Assembly: GCA_947372105.1 (NCBI GenBank)
Contig: CANBSH010000003.1
Location: 6,042 to 70,041 of the forward strand
From: Chitinophagaceae bacterium
GTDB lineage: Bacteria; Bacteroidota; Bacteroidia; Chitinophagales; Chitinophagaceae
Length of the DNA: 64,000 nt
Direction: 5' to 3'
This document shows, one piece after another, positions 46,628-56,429 of the stretch. The first letter of the stretch is position 1, and every line of letters starts with the position of its first letter. Under the pieces are notes generated by a model. That model saw only the letters and a program-made list of their open reading frames with translations. It was not told the origin of the DNA and made no database searches. Made by a program: the position numbers and the translations under genes.

Positions 46628-49372
46628 CTATTCAGGTTCAAAACCTAACATAAAGGTAAATCTTCCTGCATCTTTAAGCGTGTTTGTTCCGTTGATACGA
46701 TCTATACCAACTCCATAATCAAACCCTAACAATCCAAACATAGGTAAGTAAAAACGCATCCCTACACCCACCGATCTACGTAAATTAAATGGATTATATT
46801 CCTTCATGCTATACCAACCATTCGCTGCTTCAAAAAATCCTAAAGCATAAATAGTGCTACTTGCAGCTAAGCTTAATGGATATCTTAATTCCACTGCATA
46901 CTTATTGAATATCGTAAAGTGTTGACGAGCTGTTTGTTGATCAGGATTAATTTTAGGATTAGATGTTTCATACACCGGGTATCCTCTTTGTGCAATGATA
47001 TCATATCCAAGTAAAGCAAACTGATTACTCAATCCTGCATCCCCTAATTGGAAACGTTCAAATGGAGAAATAGTTAAGTCCGTATTATAACGACCCACAA
47101 AACCATATTTAGCAGCAAAACGTAATACAAATTGTTTGTTGTGATCTTCACCAGAGGGTTTACCTAATGGCACAAACCATTCGCCGTTAAATCTCCATTT
47201 ATGATATTCTAAAAGTTCATAAGGGTTTTGTTTGGTGGCAAAACTCTTGTCAAATAAAGAATAAGGAGGTGTTAATTGCGCGCTTAATAAAAAGGTAGAA
47301 CCTGTTCGAGGAAATAAAGGTTGATCAATAGAAGTTCTTTGTAAAGCAATTCTAAAGTTGAAATTGTTTACAATACCATTAGAGAAATTAGGAAGATTAT
47401 AAGGATCAATTGCATAATCCTTTAATGTATATCGAGTATAGTTAATACCAGTACTTAAAGAGAAATAATCATCTGGCCAAGACAACTGACGTCCAAAAGA
47501 TACGGTGGCTCCAGTGGTAGAAATATATCTTGCATCAGCAGCATTAGGATCATACGCACCTGTTGCTAAGTCATAAGTTTGACCATATTTAGTATTATAA
47601 ACACTTACGGTTAAAGTATTTCTTTTAATACCTCCAAACCAAGGTTCAGTAAAAGAGAAGTTCGTAGAACGGAATGCTTTACCATTACTTTGTACACGGA
47701 TACTTAACTTTTGTCCATCTCCCATTGGAAGTGGATCCCATGCCGATTTTTTAAAGAAGTTTTTTGAAGAGAAATTATTAAAGGTGACCCCTAATGTTCC
47801 TGTCAATCCAATATAACCACCCCAACCCGCACTTAATTCTAATTGATCGCTTGATTTTTCTTCTACCCCATAATTAATATCCACAGTTCCATCTTCTGGA
47901 TTAGGTACTGGATCAATTTTAATTTTTTCTTGATCAAAATAATTTAACTGAGCAATCTCACGTTGTGAACGTATTAATAAAGTACGACTAAATTTATCTC
48001 CAGGTAGGGTTCTAATTTCACGACGAATAACAAAGTCTTTTGTTTTTTCGTTACCCGCAATTCGAATTGTTTTGATGGTGGCTTGAGGTCCTTCACGCAA
48101 TCTTATTTCGAAATCGATGGTGTCATTATACACCGCTGTTTCAATAGGATCAATGTTGAAAAATAAATAACCATCATCTTGATACAATCCACTTACATCT
48201 CCACCTTCAGCAGTTGGTGTTTTTCCTAGTTTATTGTATAAAATTTCACGGTTATAAATGTCTCCTTTTTTAATATTTAAAATGCTCGTCAACAAGGAAT
48301 CCGGATACTTTGTGTTTCCTCTCCAAGAAATATTTCCGAAGTAATATTTATGCCCTTCTTTTAATTGAATATCAATATTTAAATTTCCTACTGCATTGTG
48401 ATATATCGTATCCTTTTCTATCACCGCATCACGAAATCCTAAAGAGTTATAGTAGTTTAATAAATTATCCTTGCTTTCGTCGTACTTTTTAATGTTGTAC
48501 TTAGAAGAGCTCAATTTTACTCTCACATAAGGACTTAATACTTTACGTGTTTTAGTAAATGTCAAATACCCTTTCTCACTTAAATATTGTTCAAAAGTAT
48601 AGGGAGACGTTTTTACAATCATGGGCTTGTCGTTCACCGGATATAAAGTCATTCTCGACTTTTCGTGAATTTCTTTTAAGCTTTTTTTCAACTTCGCTTC
48701 ATCCACTTTATTTCCACCAAAATTGATACTGTTAATACGAACTTTAGGACCACGATCTACTACGAAATCCAACAACAAGCTATTCTTTTTAGTAGCGTCC
48801 TTTTTTTCTTTAATACTTACTTTCACATCTTGAAAACCCTTCTCCGCAAAAAACTTTTTAATCCCTTCTACTGCTGTGATTTTCATGTTTTGCGTGATCA
48901 CCCTGTTAGGCGTTAATCCAGTTTTTCCAGACAATTCATCTGTTTCAGATTTACGAACTCCAATAAAATTATATTTAGATAAACGTGGGCGTTCCACCAC
49001 TGCAATTTCTACATCAATTTCATTGCCTACTAAATCGGTCAACCAAATGCTTACATCGCTGAAATAATTTTGATCCATCAATTTATGAATCGCCTTTCCA
49101 AAATTTTCACCTCCTGGTAAGGATATTTCATCGCCAATATTTAAAGTAGAAAGAGACAATAATAAGTTTTCATCAAAATTGACATTACCCACTACATTAA
49201 TAGCACGAATTTTATACTTCGCAGGGGTTTTTTGGTTAAGTATATTTAGGAGCTTGACGTTAATTTGTGACACCGAATCCTTCACAGGAACTACCTGAGA
49301 ATAAGAAGTTGAGGACACTAAAAGAACCAATAAAGATCCTATATAAATTGAAAGAAATTTCTGCATCTGCAA
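46628..49372 (-). CDS. bamA: Outer membrane protein assembly factor BamA
   Basis: 914 aa. Signal peptide, repeated POTRA-like units (IRAINVVGN..., INSINFGGN..., IKTIRIAGNEKTKDFVIRREI), C-terminal barrel ending FMLGFEPE. uppS lies upstream. Confidence 0.9.
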   Translation of the reverse strand: MQMQKFLSIYIGSLLVLLVSSTSYSQVVPVKDSVSQINVKLLNILNQKTPAKYKIRAINVVGNVNFDENLLLSLSTLNIGDEISLPGGENFGKAIHKLMDQNYFSDVSIWLTDLVGNEIDVEIAVVERPRLSKYNFIGVRKSETDELSGKTGLTPNRVITQNMKITAVEGIKKFFAEKGFQDVKVSIKEKKDATKKNSLLLDFVVDRGPKVRINSINFGGNKVDEAKLKKSLKEIHEKSRMTLYPVNDKPMIVKTSPYTFEQYLSEKGYLTFTKTRKVLSPYVRVKLSSSKYNIKKYDESKDNLLNYYNSLGFRDAVIEKDTIYHNAVGNLNIDIQLKEGHKYYFGNISWRGNTKYPDSLLTSILNIKKGDIYNREILYNKLGKTPTAEGGDVSGLYQDDGYLFFNIDPIETAVYNDTIDFEIRLREGPQATIKTIRIAGNEKTKDFVIRREIRTLPGDKFSRTLLIRSQREIAQLNYFDQEKIKIDPVPNPEDGTVDINYGVEEKSSDQLELSAGWGGYIGLTGTLGVTFNNFSSKNFFKKSAWDPLPMGDGQKLSIRVQSNGKAFRSTNFSFTEPWFGGIKRNTLTVSVYNTKYGQTYDLATGAYDPNAADARYISTTGATVSFGRQLSWPDDYFSLSTGINYTRYTLKDYAIDPYNLPNFSNGIVNNFNFRIALQRTSIDQPLFPRTGSTFLLSAQLTPPYSLFDKSFATKQNPYELLEYHKWRFNGEWFVPLGKPSGEDHNKQFVLRFAAKYGFVGRYNTDLTISPFERFQLGDAGLSNQFALLGYDIIAQRGYPVYETSNPKINPDQQTARQHFTIFNKYAVELRYPLSLAASSTIYALGFFEAANGWYSMKEYNPFNLRRSVGVGMRFYLPMFGLLGFDYGVGIDRINGTNTLKDAGRFTFMLGFEPE

Positions 49373-49455
49373 AGGGGCTACATTTATAATTTTAAAAGTG
49401 TCGCAAATTACTCGTAATATTTCAAAGTCTTTGTTAAAACCTAAAATAAAATATA

Positions 49456-50205
49456 TTATTTATTTTCGTCATTTGTTTGCACTTGTTGGCCTGTTTTGCC
49501 AAATCTTCGCTCTCTAGACTGAAAATCAAGGATGGCCTCAATAAGGTCTTTTTTACGAAAATCGGGCCAACGAGTCTCTGTAAAGTACAATTCGGCGTAG
49601 GCTAATTGATATAATAAGAAATTGCTAATTCGGTATTCTCCACTGGTGCGAATCATGAGCTCTGGATCGGGAAAAGCACTGGTAGCAAGGGCTGCGCTCA
49701 AACTTGCCTCCTTAATGTCTTGGGGTAATAAGGTCCCTTTTTGCACTTGTTGAGCTAGCTTTTGGATGGCTTCAATCAATTCCCAACGGCTGCTATAACT
49801 TAAGGCAATAATCAGCTCTAAGCCGGTATTTTGTGCAGTGGTGGCAGTCGCTGTTTCAAGGGCCTTTTTGGCGTCATCAGGCAATAAAGCCAGGTTACCA
49901 ATAAAGTGAAGCTTGATGTTATTTTTATGTAATGAAGGAACTTCCTTGGAGATGGTGTCCACAAACAGACTCATTAAGCCTGCGACTTCTGGAGCGGGTC
50001 GATCCCAGTTTTCGGTACTAAAAGCATACAAAGTGAGGTATTTGATGCCAATTTCGGCAGCAGCTTCTACAATATTTCGTACGCTTTCTACCCCATGAAA
50101 ATGTCCATATAAACGATCCTGCCCCTTTTCCTGTGCCCATCTTCCATTCCCATCCATTATAATGGCAATATGTTTAGGCAATCTCGTCGAATCCAAATTT
50201 TCCAT
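49456..50205 (-). CDS. uppS: Isoprenyl transferase (undecaprenyl diphosphate synthase)
   Basis: HIAIIMDGNGRWA, LTLYAFSTENW, and RTSGEYRISNFLLYQ. Confidence 0.93.
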   Translation of the reverse strand: MENLDSTRLPKHIAIIMDGNGRWAQEKGQDRLYGHFHGVESVRNIVEAAAEIGIKYLTLYAFSTENWDRPAPEVAGLMSLFVDTISKEVPSLHKNNIKLHFIGNLALLPDDAKKALETATATTAQNTGLELIIALSYSSRWELIEAIQKLAQQVQKGTLLPQDIKEASLSAALATSAFPDPELMIRTSGEYRISNFLLYQLAYAELYFTETRWPDFRKKDLIEAILDFQSRERRFGKTGQQVQTNDENK

Positions 50206-50230
50206 GCTGTAAAATTAATAAAACCCTAGC

Positions 50231-51007
50231 TTATTTACGTCTAATCCTATTCAATAAGCTTCTGTTTTGTTGACCCTTATTTTGCTCAATACCGTAAATT
50301 GTGTTGAAGGTATAAGATAAGCCAATTTTGGCAGAAAAAAAACGGTCGTTACCAGAACGACTTCCTTGATAGCCTAGGGGTGCATCAAAAGTGGGGGCAG
50401 TGGAATTGGCATTTAAAAAATCTAGATTATCGGTATTCGTAAAACGATACATCGCTTCCCCGAAAATATTAAACTGACGATAAATATTATATTTTAAACC
50501 AAAATTTATAGGGAAAGTAAGTGGCAAATCCGACTTTGTGGTGGCATTGTCTGCAGCAACAACACTTGTATTATTATTACGAATCGTTTCCAGCGTTAAC
50601 AAATAACCCACACCCATTCCTACATAGGGTGTAAATTTTTTATTTCTAGACCCAGATATAAAATTTAAAAAATAAAATTCTCCCATCGCACTAAAGTCCA
50701 AAGTATTGATCAAGAAATTCGCATTCCTTGCAATTGCATAAGGATCGGAAGATAGCATATCATGTGCTGCTAATTTTTGCATCTCCACATTCAATCTGAT
50801 TCCTACATAATTATTAAGTTGCTTTTTGACAAAAGCACCGTAGTTGCGATAATATACTTGAACATCCGGTGAAATATCACCTTGATAAGAAGCCATGCCA
50901 TACATGACACCTGCTTCTGCAAAATTTTCGGATAGCTCATGGTGTTGCGCCCATGTGCCATTAGAAAAATATAAAAAACAAATAAAAATTAAAATTCTCT
51001 TACCCAT
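50231..51007 (-). CDS. Outer-membrane beta-barrel protein (DUF6089-like)
   Basis: Signal peptide and alternating beta-strand pattern. It occupies the conserved uppS-nadK intergenic position seen in Bacteroidota. Confidence 0.6.
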   Translation of the reverse strand: MGKRILIFICFLYFSNGTWAQHHELSENFAEAGVMYGMASYQGDISPDVQVYYRNYGAFVKKQLNNYVGIRLNVEMQKLAAHDMLSSDPYAIARNANFLINTLDFSAMGEFYFLNFISGSRNKKFTPYVGMGVGYLLTLETIRNNNTSVVAADNATTKSDLPLTFPINFGLKYNIYRQFNIFGEAMYRFTNTDNLDFLNANSTAPTFDAPLGYQGSRSGNDRFFSAKIGLSYTFNTIYGIEQNKGQQNRSLLNRIRRK

Positions 51008-51012
51008 ACTTT

Positions 51013-51894
51013 CTAATTTCTTTTATCTAGTCCCCAAGTTAATTTGGTACGTAATGTTGTTAAATAGCTGTTTTCATTGAGTCTTATAAAGCTCACTGTA
51101 AAGGATTCTTGTTTCAAAGCCAATTGAATGGACTTAGGTACAATTTCCTTTCGAGCATCTAAAGCACACAATAATTCCTCTGTACGCCCCTCTATTTCAA
51201 ATGAAATTACTGAAGTATTGGGAACTACAATCGATCTTACATTTAAATTATGCGGTGCAACTGGAGTAATTACAAAACTAGCTGAATCAGGGAATAAAAT
51301 GGGCCCATTGCAACTCATATTATAGCCAGTGGAACCGGTGGGTGTAGAAACAATAATTCCATCTGCCCAATAAGAATTTAAAAACTCACCATTTAAGTAA
51401 GTGTGAATTTTAATCATAGGAGAAATATCTCGCTTATGAATCACAAATTCATTTAATCCAAAAGGAGTCGTTCCAAAAATGGGGATATTGGCATCTAAGT
51501 GAATTAAAGCTCTTTTTTCAATCACAAAAGTGCCGCTCACTAAAGCTTCCACCATAGTACTTAATTCATCCTTTGATATAGAAGCTAAAAATCCTAAACG
51601 ACCATAATTAATACCTAAAATAGGAATATTAGAATCTCCTACTAAAGTCACCGAATCTAAAACGGTTCCATCCCCGCCCAAACTAATTAAACAATCAATA
51701 TTATTGGGCAAATCATGGGATGATAAAAAAGGGATATACTCCTGTTTGTCAGCGGGAGCCAACAAGTTAAATTTTTGCATTAAATCATGAAAAATACAAA
51801 TAGTGATATCATAACGATGAAGCTCTAACAACAACGCATTTAATGATTGTTGTTGATCCAAATCAACCCCTCTACTGTAAATTGCTACTTTCAT
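51013..51894 (-). CDS. nadK: NAD kinase
   Basis: SLGGDGTVL motif, GINYGRLGFL, and STPTGSTGYNMS. Confidence 0.92.
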   Translation of the reverse strand: MKVAIYSRGVDLDQQQSLNALLLELHRYDITICIFHDLMQKFNLLAPADKQEYIPFLSSHDLPNNIDCLISLGGDGTVLDSVTLVGDSNIPILGINYGRLGFLASISKDELSTMVEALVSGTFVIEKRALIHLDANIPIFGTTPFGLNEFVIHKRDISPMIKIHTYLNGEFLNSYWADGIIVSTPTGSTGYNMSCNGPILFPDSASFVITPVAPHNLNVRSIVVPNTSVISFEIEGRTEELLCALDARKEIVPKSIQLALKQESFTVSFIRLNENSYLTTLRTKLTWGLDKRN

Positions 51895-51900
51895 TAAAAT

Positions 51901-53283
51901 TTAAAAATTGATTCCACCGTGTAAATATAAACCTTTGTCTCCAAGCTGATTCACACTATAATCAATTTTTAACACAAAATCATAAATACTGATGACATCT
52001 AGGCCTATCCCCGCTGTTCGAATGAGCGTATTGGATAATTTATTTGTATTTAAAACATGGTCGCTGTATACATACCCAAGATTAGAGAAAGCACGGACCC
52101 AAAACTGAAATTTCGCTTCAGGAAGGAATTTTTGGGTGATTGGATTTTTTATAGTGATGCTACCAATGGAATGTTGAAATGATGTTTTGAAAATAGTAGC
52201 CGCATTACCATCTATAATATAATATTCTAAACCATTGAATTGCAAATTTCCATACCCCACTATCCGAGTATCTAAATAATTGTAATTAGGTAAAAATTTG
52301 AGCATCGAATTAGATTCGAATAACATAAAGTTTTTAGGAGAAAAGGAATGTGCTTTAATTTTTCTAAATTGAATAGAGGTAAAATTGGAAGCCTTGGAGA
52401 AGCGTTGATACGCGATAAATTCGGTGCTATTTCCTTTGGTAGGATAAGCATTATAATCAAATTGTATTTTAGTGAAAGCGACACTAAGATCAATGTAGGA
52501 TAATGCCTTTTTATAATTAGGTAAAAATAGAGGCTGTTTCAAAAAACCCGAATCCGATAATTGTTCCTTGCCCCATCCTATCTGCAAGGAATGTCGTTCA
52601 AATAAATTAGGACGATAGGATAAATTAACATTAGCGCGATACCCACTTCTTATGACGTCTAAGGTTTTAAAAAATACTTGCTTGTCGTTTTGAGTAGTAT
52701 AATTAATTTCCTTTTGGGCATAATTTTGCAAACCCAAACCAAACCCATATTTTAATTTTTTATCAAAAAAAGGTAATTGATAACGCAAAATATTTTGTTT
52801 CGTATATCCTCCAATAACTCCTATTACTAGTTTATCATTATTCCCGGTCAAATTACTTTGGTATAAACTAACTCCATAATTTACATGATCTAAGCTATGA
52901 TGCTGTTCGTTCCACCATTGACTAAAATTTCGATCTACCCATTTAAAATAAGGTTTAGGAATAGTATACCACCTTTCTTTGACCACTATTTGAATTTGAA
53001 CCTGTCCGCTTTCATTGCCTTGTAAAAACTGTGAAGTAACTTTTGTAGATAAGAATAAGGAAGTATTATATAATTGTTGTTCTGCAAGAGTGTTCAATAC
53101 TTCTAACGAATCTTTAGATATAATATCGCCTACATGATAAGGAAGTTCACGTAATAAAATATAACTTTTGGTTTTTGTATTTCCTTCTATGTCAATAGAC
53201 TTAATAGTAAATTGAGCTTGGGCCCATTCACTTAAAGAAATAAATATTAAAAAGAATAGGAAATACTTTTTACAATTAAACAT
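51901..53283 (-). CDS. Omp85/BamA-like outer membrane protein with a single POTRA
   Basis: Signal peptide, POTRA-like FTIKSIDIEGNTKTKSYILLRELPYHVGD, and a beta-barrel ending GLYLHGGINF. Confidence 0.7.
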   Translation of the reverse strand: MFNCKKYFLFFLIFISLSEWAQAQFTIKSIDIEGNTKTKSYILLRELPYHVGDIISKDSLEVLNTLAEQQLYNTSLFLSTKVTSQFLQGNESGQVQIQIVVKERWYTIPKPYFKWVDRNFSQWWNEQHHSLDHVNYGVSLYQSNLTGNNDKLVIGVIGGYTKQNILRYQLPFFDKKLKYGFGLGLQNYAQKEINYTTQNDKQVFFKTLDVIRSGYRANVNLSYRPNLFERHSLQIGWGKEQLSDSGFLKQPLFLPNYKKALSYIDLSVAFTKIQFDYNAYPTKGNSTEFIAYQRFSKASNFTSIQFRKIKAHSFSPKNFMLFESNSMLKFLPNYNYLDTRIVGYGNLQFNGLEYYIIDGNAATIFKTSFQHSIGSITIKNPITQKFLPEAKFQFWVRAFSNLGYVYSDHVLNTNKLSNTLIRTAGIGLDVISIYDFVLKIDYSVNQLGDKGLYLHGGINF

Positions 53284-53935
53284 CTAAATAATTCATTAAG
53301 TGTTGATAATGATCTTCGATGTCATTATGTAAAGGACTGTTACCAAAATAATGAAGTACTTGATAATTATATCTTTGTAAAGTCGCTATGATCGCAGAAG
53401 CTTCTTCTTTGTTGAGTTTAAACGTAATCACCAATGAGCCATTCGCTTCCTCAAAATGAGTATTAAGTTGCGTGATTTGTGCATTATTGGTTTCTACCAA
53501 TCTACTTAGTTCCGCTAAGGAATATTGATAAGGAGAAATAGAAACTACAATGATAGCACCAGGTAAATCGACTCCTAAAAATTGCGCCAATAATTCATTT
53601 AAATTTTTTTGAGGAATCACTCCTACACATTCTTGATGATCATTTAAAATAGGCAAAAGCGACAACTGATTTTTTGCAAATAAATTAAGAGCCGCTGTAA
53701 AATGCGCGGTATTTGATAAAGCTAATCTAGTAAGCTGATCTGCTATGACTGCAAGGGTTTGGTTTTCATCCAAATCCAACACATCTTCTTTATTGACTAA
53801 TCCAATATAATAATCATCCTTAACTAAAGGCAACTGAAAAACGTCATAATCTTCCATGCATTGCAATACAAAGGATACTTTATCTTCCAAATGAAGCATC
53901 GGGTAATTGGTGACTGCAATAGATGATACGACCAT
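53276..53935 (-). CDS. CBS domain-containing protein
   Basis: Two CBS-like repeats (QLPLVKDDYYIGLVNKEDV, LLPILNDHQECVGVIPQKNL). Overlaps the downstream gene by 8 nt. Confidence 0.7.
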   Translation of the reverse strand: MVVSSIAVTNYPMLHLEDKVSFVLQCMEDYDVFQLPLVKDDYYIGLVNKEDVLDLDENQTLAVIADQLTRLALSNTAHFTAALNLFAKNQLSLLPILNDHQECVGVIPQKNLNELLAQFLGVDLPGAIIVVSISPYQYSLAELSRLVETNNAQITQLNTHFEEANGSLVITFKLNKEEASAIIATLQRYNYQVLHYFGNSPLHNDIEDHYQHLMNYLDV

Positions 53936-53940
53936 TCTAT

Positions 53941-54702
53941 TTATTTTGGTAAGGATTGTAAAAAGTTTTCTAAAATAATATTAAACTCGTTGGGCACTTC
54001 CATCATAGGGGCGTGACCGCATTTATCAATAAATTGTAATTGACTATTGGGAATCAATTTTTTAAACTCTTCCGCTACAAAAGGAGGTGTAACAATATCG
54101 TTCTTCCCCCAAATTAACATAGTGGGTAGTTTGATTTGGTGCAACTCCTCCGCTAAATTATTTCTGATTGCACTTTTTGCTAGCGCAAGTATTTTAATGA
54201 CTTTAATGCGATTGCATGTAATCTCAAATACCTCATCCACCAACTCCTTAGTGGCTACTGCAGGGTCGTAAAAAGTTTGTGCTGTTTTATTTTTAATGTA
54301 TTCATAGTCCCCTCTTTTAGGATAACTATCACCCATTGCATTTTCAAATAAACCACTACTACCCGTCAAGGTTAAAGATTTAATTTTTTCGGGTGTTTTT
54401 AAAACATACACTAAGCCCACGTGGCCACCTAATGAATTACCTAGTAAGTGTATATTATCATACCCCTTATGGTCAATAAACTGTGTCACATGTTTAGCCA
54501 ATCCTGTAACACTGGTATGTAAAATATCCAAGTCAAATAATGGTAAAATAGGAACGACCACTTTATGTGTGTGTCTAAATTTTTCAATGAGGTCCGCAAA
54601 ATTACTTAACGCGCCAAAAAGCCCATGCAATAACATCAGCGTTTCGCCTTCACCCACTTCGAGGTACTCAAATTTTCCTTCCTTTTTTAACTCGTATTCC
54701 AT
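53941..54702 (-). CDS. Alpha/beta hydrolase
   Basis: HGLFG oxyanion region, nucleophile elbow GNSLGG, and C-terminal CGHAPMME. Confidence 0.85.
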   Translation of the reverse strand: MEYELKKEGKFEYLEVGEGETLMLLHGLFGALSNFADLIEKFRHTHKVVVPILPLFDLDILHTSVTGLAKHVTQFIDHKGYDNIHLLGNSLGGHVGLVYVLKTPEKIKSLTLTGSSGLFENAMGDSYPKRGDYEYIKNKTAQTFYDPAVATKELVDEVFEITCNRIKVIKILALAKSAIRNNLAEELHQIKLPTMLIWGKNDIVTPPFVAEEFKKLIPNSQLQFIDKCGHAPMMEVPNEFNIILENFLQSLPK

Positions 54703-54883
54703 GTGATAAATAATAGGATTCTAAAGTAGTTAATCCCTATATGGTTAAAGATAGTTAATTCATAGTAAATAAACCTTATTTGAACCCCCGATCCCCACCC
54801 ATTTTGTTAAAATATAATATTGGGTTTACACGGGACGAGTAGGCCCCTAAATACAGTCAATGCTGGCTTTTTTGAGACGCTTT

Positions 54884-55414
54884 TTATACCGAAGTTTTGA
54901 CATTGAGTTGGGTAGAAAAAGTAGTTATTGTGTTTTTAATAAAGGGCAGCCATTCACCCATTTTTTGCAAACAATAAGGCCACCATTTATGAAGATATTC
55001 ATACGTATAAGTGTCCTTCATTTGACTCGGCTCCAACACTCCTAAAATTTGTAAAAAGTAAACAATCGAACTCCAAATAGTAAAATAAATAAAAGCATAT
55101 AAAACGACTCCTAATACTTTATTAAACCATCCCATCATCAACCAATCTGCTGTTTGTTGTAATAAGCCAGCCGCCATTTTTAATACGAGTAAAACCAATA
55201 TTAAAACAATCATAAAAGCAATGAATGGAATCCAATGACTTTGAATTTGTGTGTGTTCTTTTAATTGTTTTGCAATAAAGCCTGAAAACTGATACGCTAC
55301 AACAAGCCCTATGAAAAGAGAAAAGAATGAAATGACGGCTCTAATAAAACCATGTCGATACCCTTGCAACAAAGCAAGAATAAATAATGTTCCTGTGACA
55401 ATATCTAACCACAT
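54884..55414 (-). CDS. cvpA: CvpA family membrane protein
   Basis: MWLDIVTGTLFILALLQGYRHGFIRAVISF start and four TM helices typical of colicin V production protein. Confidence 0.8.
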   Translation of the reverse strand: MWLDIVTGTLFILALLQGYRHGFIRAVISFFSLFIGLVVAYQFSGFIAKQLKEHTQIQSHWIPFIAFMIVLILVLLVLKMAAGLLQQTADWLMMGWFNKVLGVVLYAFIYFTIWSSIVYFLQILGVLEPSQMKDTYTYEYLHKWWPYCLQKMGEWLPFIKNTITTFSTQLNVKTSV

Positions 55415-55473
55415 AATCGAAAGGTTTATAAACTTGTGTAGGACTCCATTTTAGATCCTAAAATAATCATGAA

Positions 55474-55929
55474 CTACTGAGGCGTTAAAATAGCTTTAGC
55501 CATTGCAGATATTACTTTTCCATCCGCTTGTCCTGCTAATTTTTTAGTAGCAACACCCATCACTTTTCCTAAGTCCTGTGGACCAGCAGCTCCTAATTCA
55601 GTGACAATGGCTTGCACCGCAGCTTTTACATCTTCTTCGCTCATTTGTGCTGGCAAGAATTTTTCAATGATAGCAATTTCTTCAGATTCCTTAGCAGCTA
55701 AATCGGAACGGCTTTGTTGTTCATAAATAGCTAATGAATCCTTACGTTGCTTTACTAACTTTTGCAATAATTTCATTTCTCCATCTTCAGAAATTTCACC
55801 ATTCGCCCCAGGTTCTGTTTTTGCTTTTATAATTTCTGCTTTAATAGCACGTAACCCTCTTAACAAAGCCTCATCTTTATTTTTCATCGCGTCCTTCATA
55901 AAGGACATTACTTGTGTTTCTAAACTCAT
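55474..55929 (-). CDS. GatB/YqeY domain-containing protein
   Basis: MKDAMKNKDE...LRAIKAEI...KQRKDSLAIYEQ... pattern. 151 aa. Confidence 0.85.
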   Translation of the reverse strand: MSLETQVMSFMKDAMKNKDEALLRGLRAIKAEIIKAKTEPGANGEISEDGEMKLLQKLVKQRKDSLAIYEQQSRSDLAAKESEEIAIIEKFLPAQMSEEDVKAAVQAIVTELGAAGPQDLGKVMGVATKKLAGQADGKVISAMAKAILTPQ

Positions 55930-55941
55930 AAAAAAAATATT

Positions 55942-56289
55942 TTATTTTTTGTTTTGATCTAATTGACTTGCTCTAAATTTTTTATAAAAAGATTGTGCAA
56001 ATTGCTTGAACTCATCTGCCAAAGCCGGATCCTGTGTAGCTCTTAAATAAGTATCGCCCATGCCCATTAAATTCTGATAAAAAAAATCGGCCATCTCATC
56101 TACCATCATATCCTTTGTCCATAAATCAATACGCAAAGCAGTTTTATCGGTAGGATCCCAAAAAGTAATCATCATAGCACGAGCCGATTGAGATTCTTGG
56201 GCAGTACTATCTGTTGCAGACCATTGAATATCCTGTGGAATTTTTTGTTCGTCCAAGCTTATTTGTACGTTGATAGAGGATTGATGCAT
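55942..56289 (-). CDS. gldC: Gliding motility-associated protein GldC
   Basis: ISLDEQKIPQDIQWSATD...ARAMMITFWD...LRIDLWTKDMMVDEMADFFYQ...DTYLRATQD matches my recollection of the GldC family pattern. About 115 aa. Confidence 0.7.
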   Translation of the reverse strand: MHQSSINVQISLDEQKIPQDIQWSATDSTAQESQSARAMMITFWDPTDKTALRIDLWTKDMMVDEMADFFYQNLMGMGDTYLRATQDPALADEFKQFAQSFYKKFRASQLDQNKK

Positions 56290-56429
56290 AGTTTTAGTTT
56301 GTCAGCAAAAATACAAATTTTAAACAAGATATATAAGATGAATCTGCGCTAGAAATAAAAGTGATTATGGTTCGAGAAGAAAAAGTGAGCGATCCAAATG
56401 AAAGGTAAAATGAAAGGTGAAATTGAAGC

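Noticed and set aside
54775-54802. G-rich tract; its reverse complement TGGGTGGGGATCGGGGGTTCAAAT resembles a tRNA T-arm/T-loop or a G-quadruplex
   Set aside because: No complementary T-stem half, acceptor stem or anticodon arm can be drawn, so it is neither a tRNA nor an obvious tRNA-fragment att site. Only three G-runs are present, so it is not a canonical G4.
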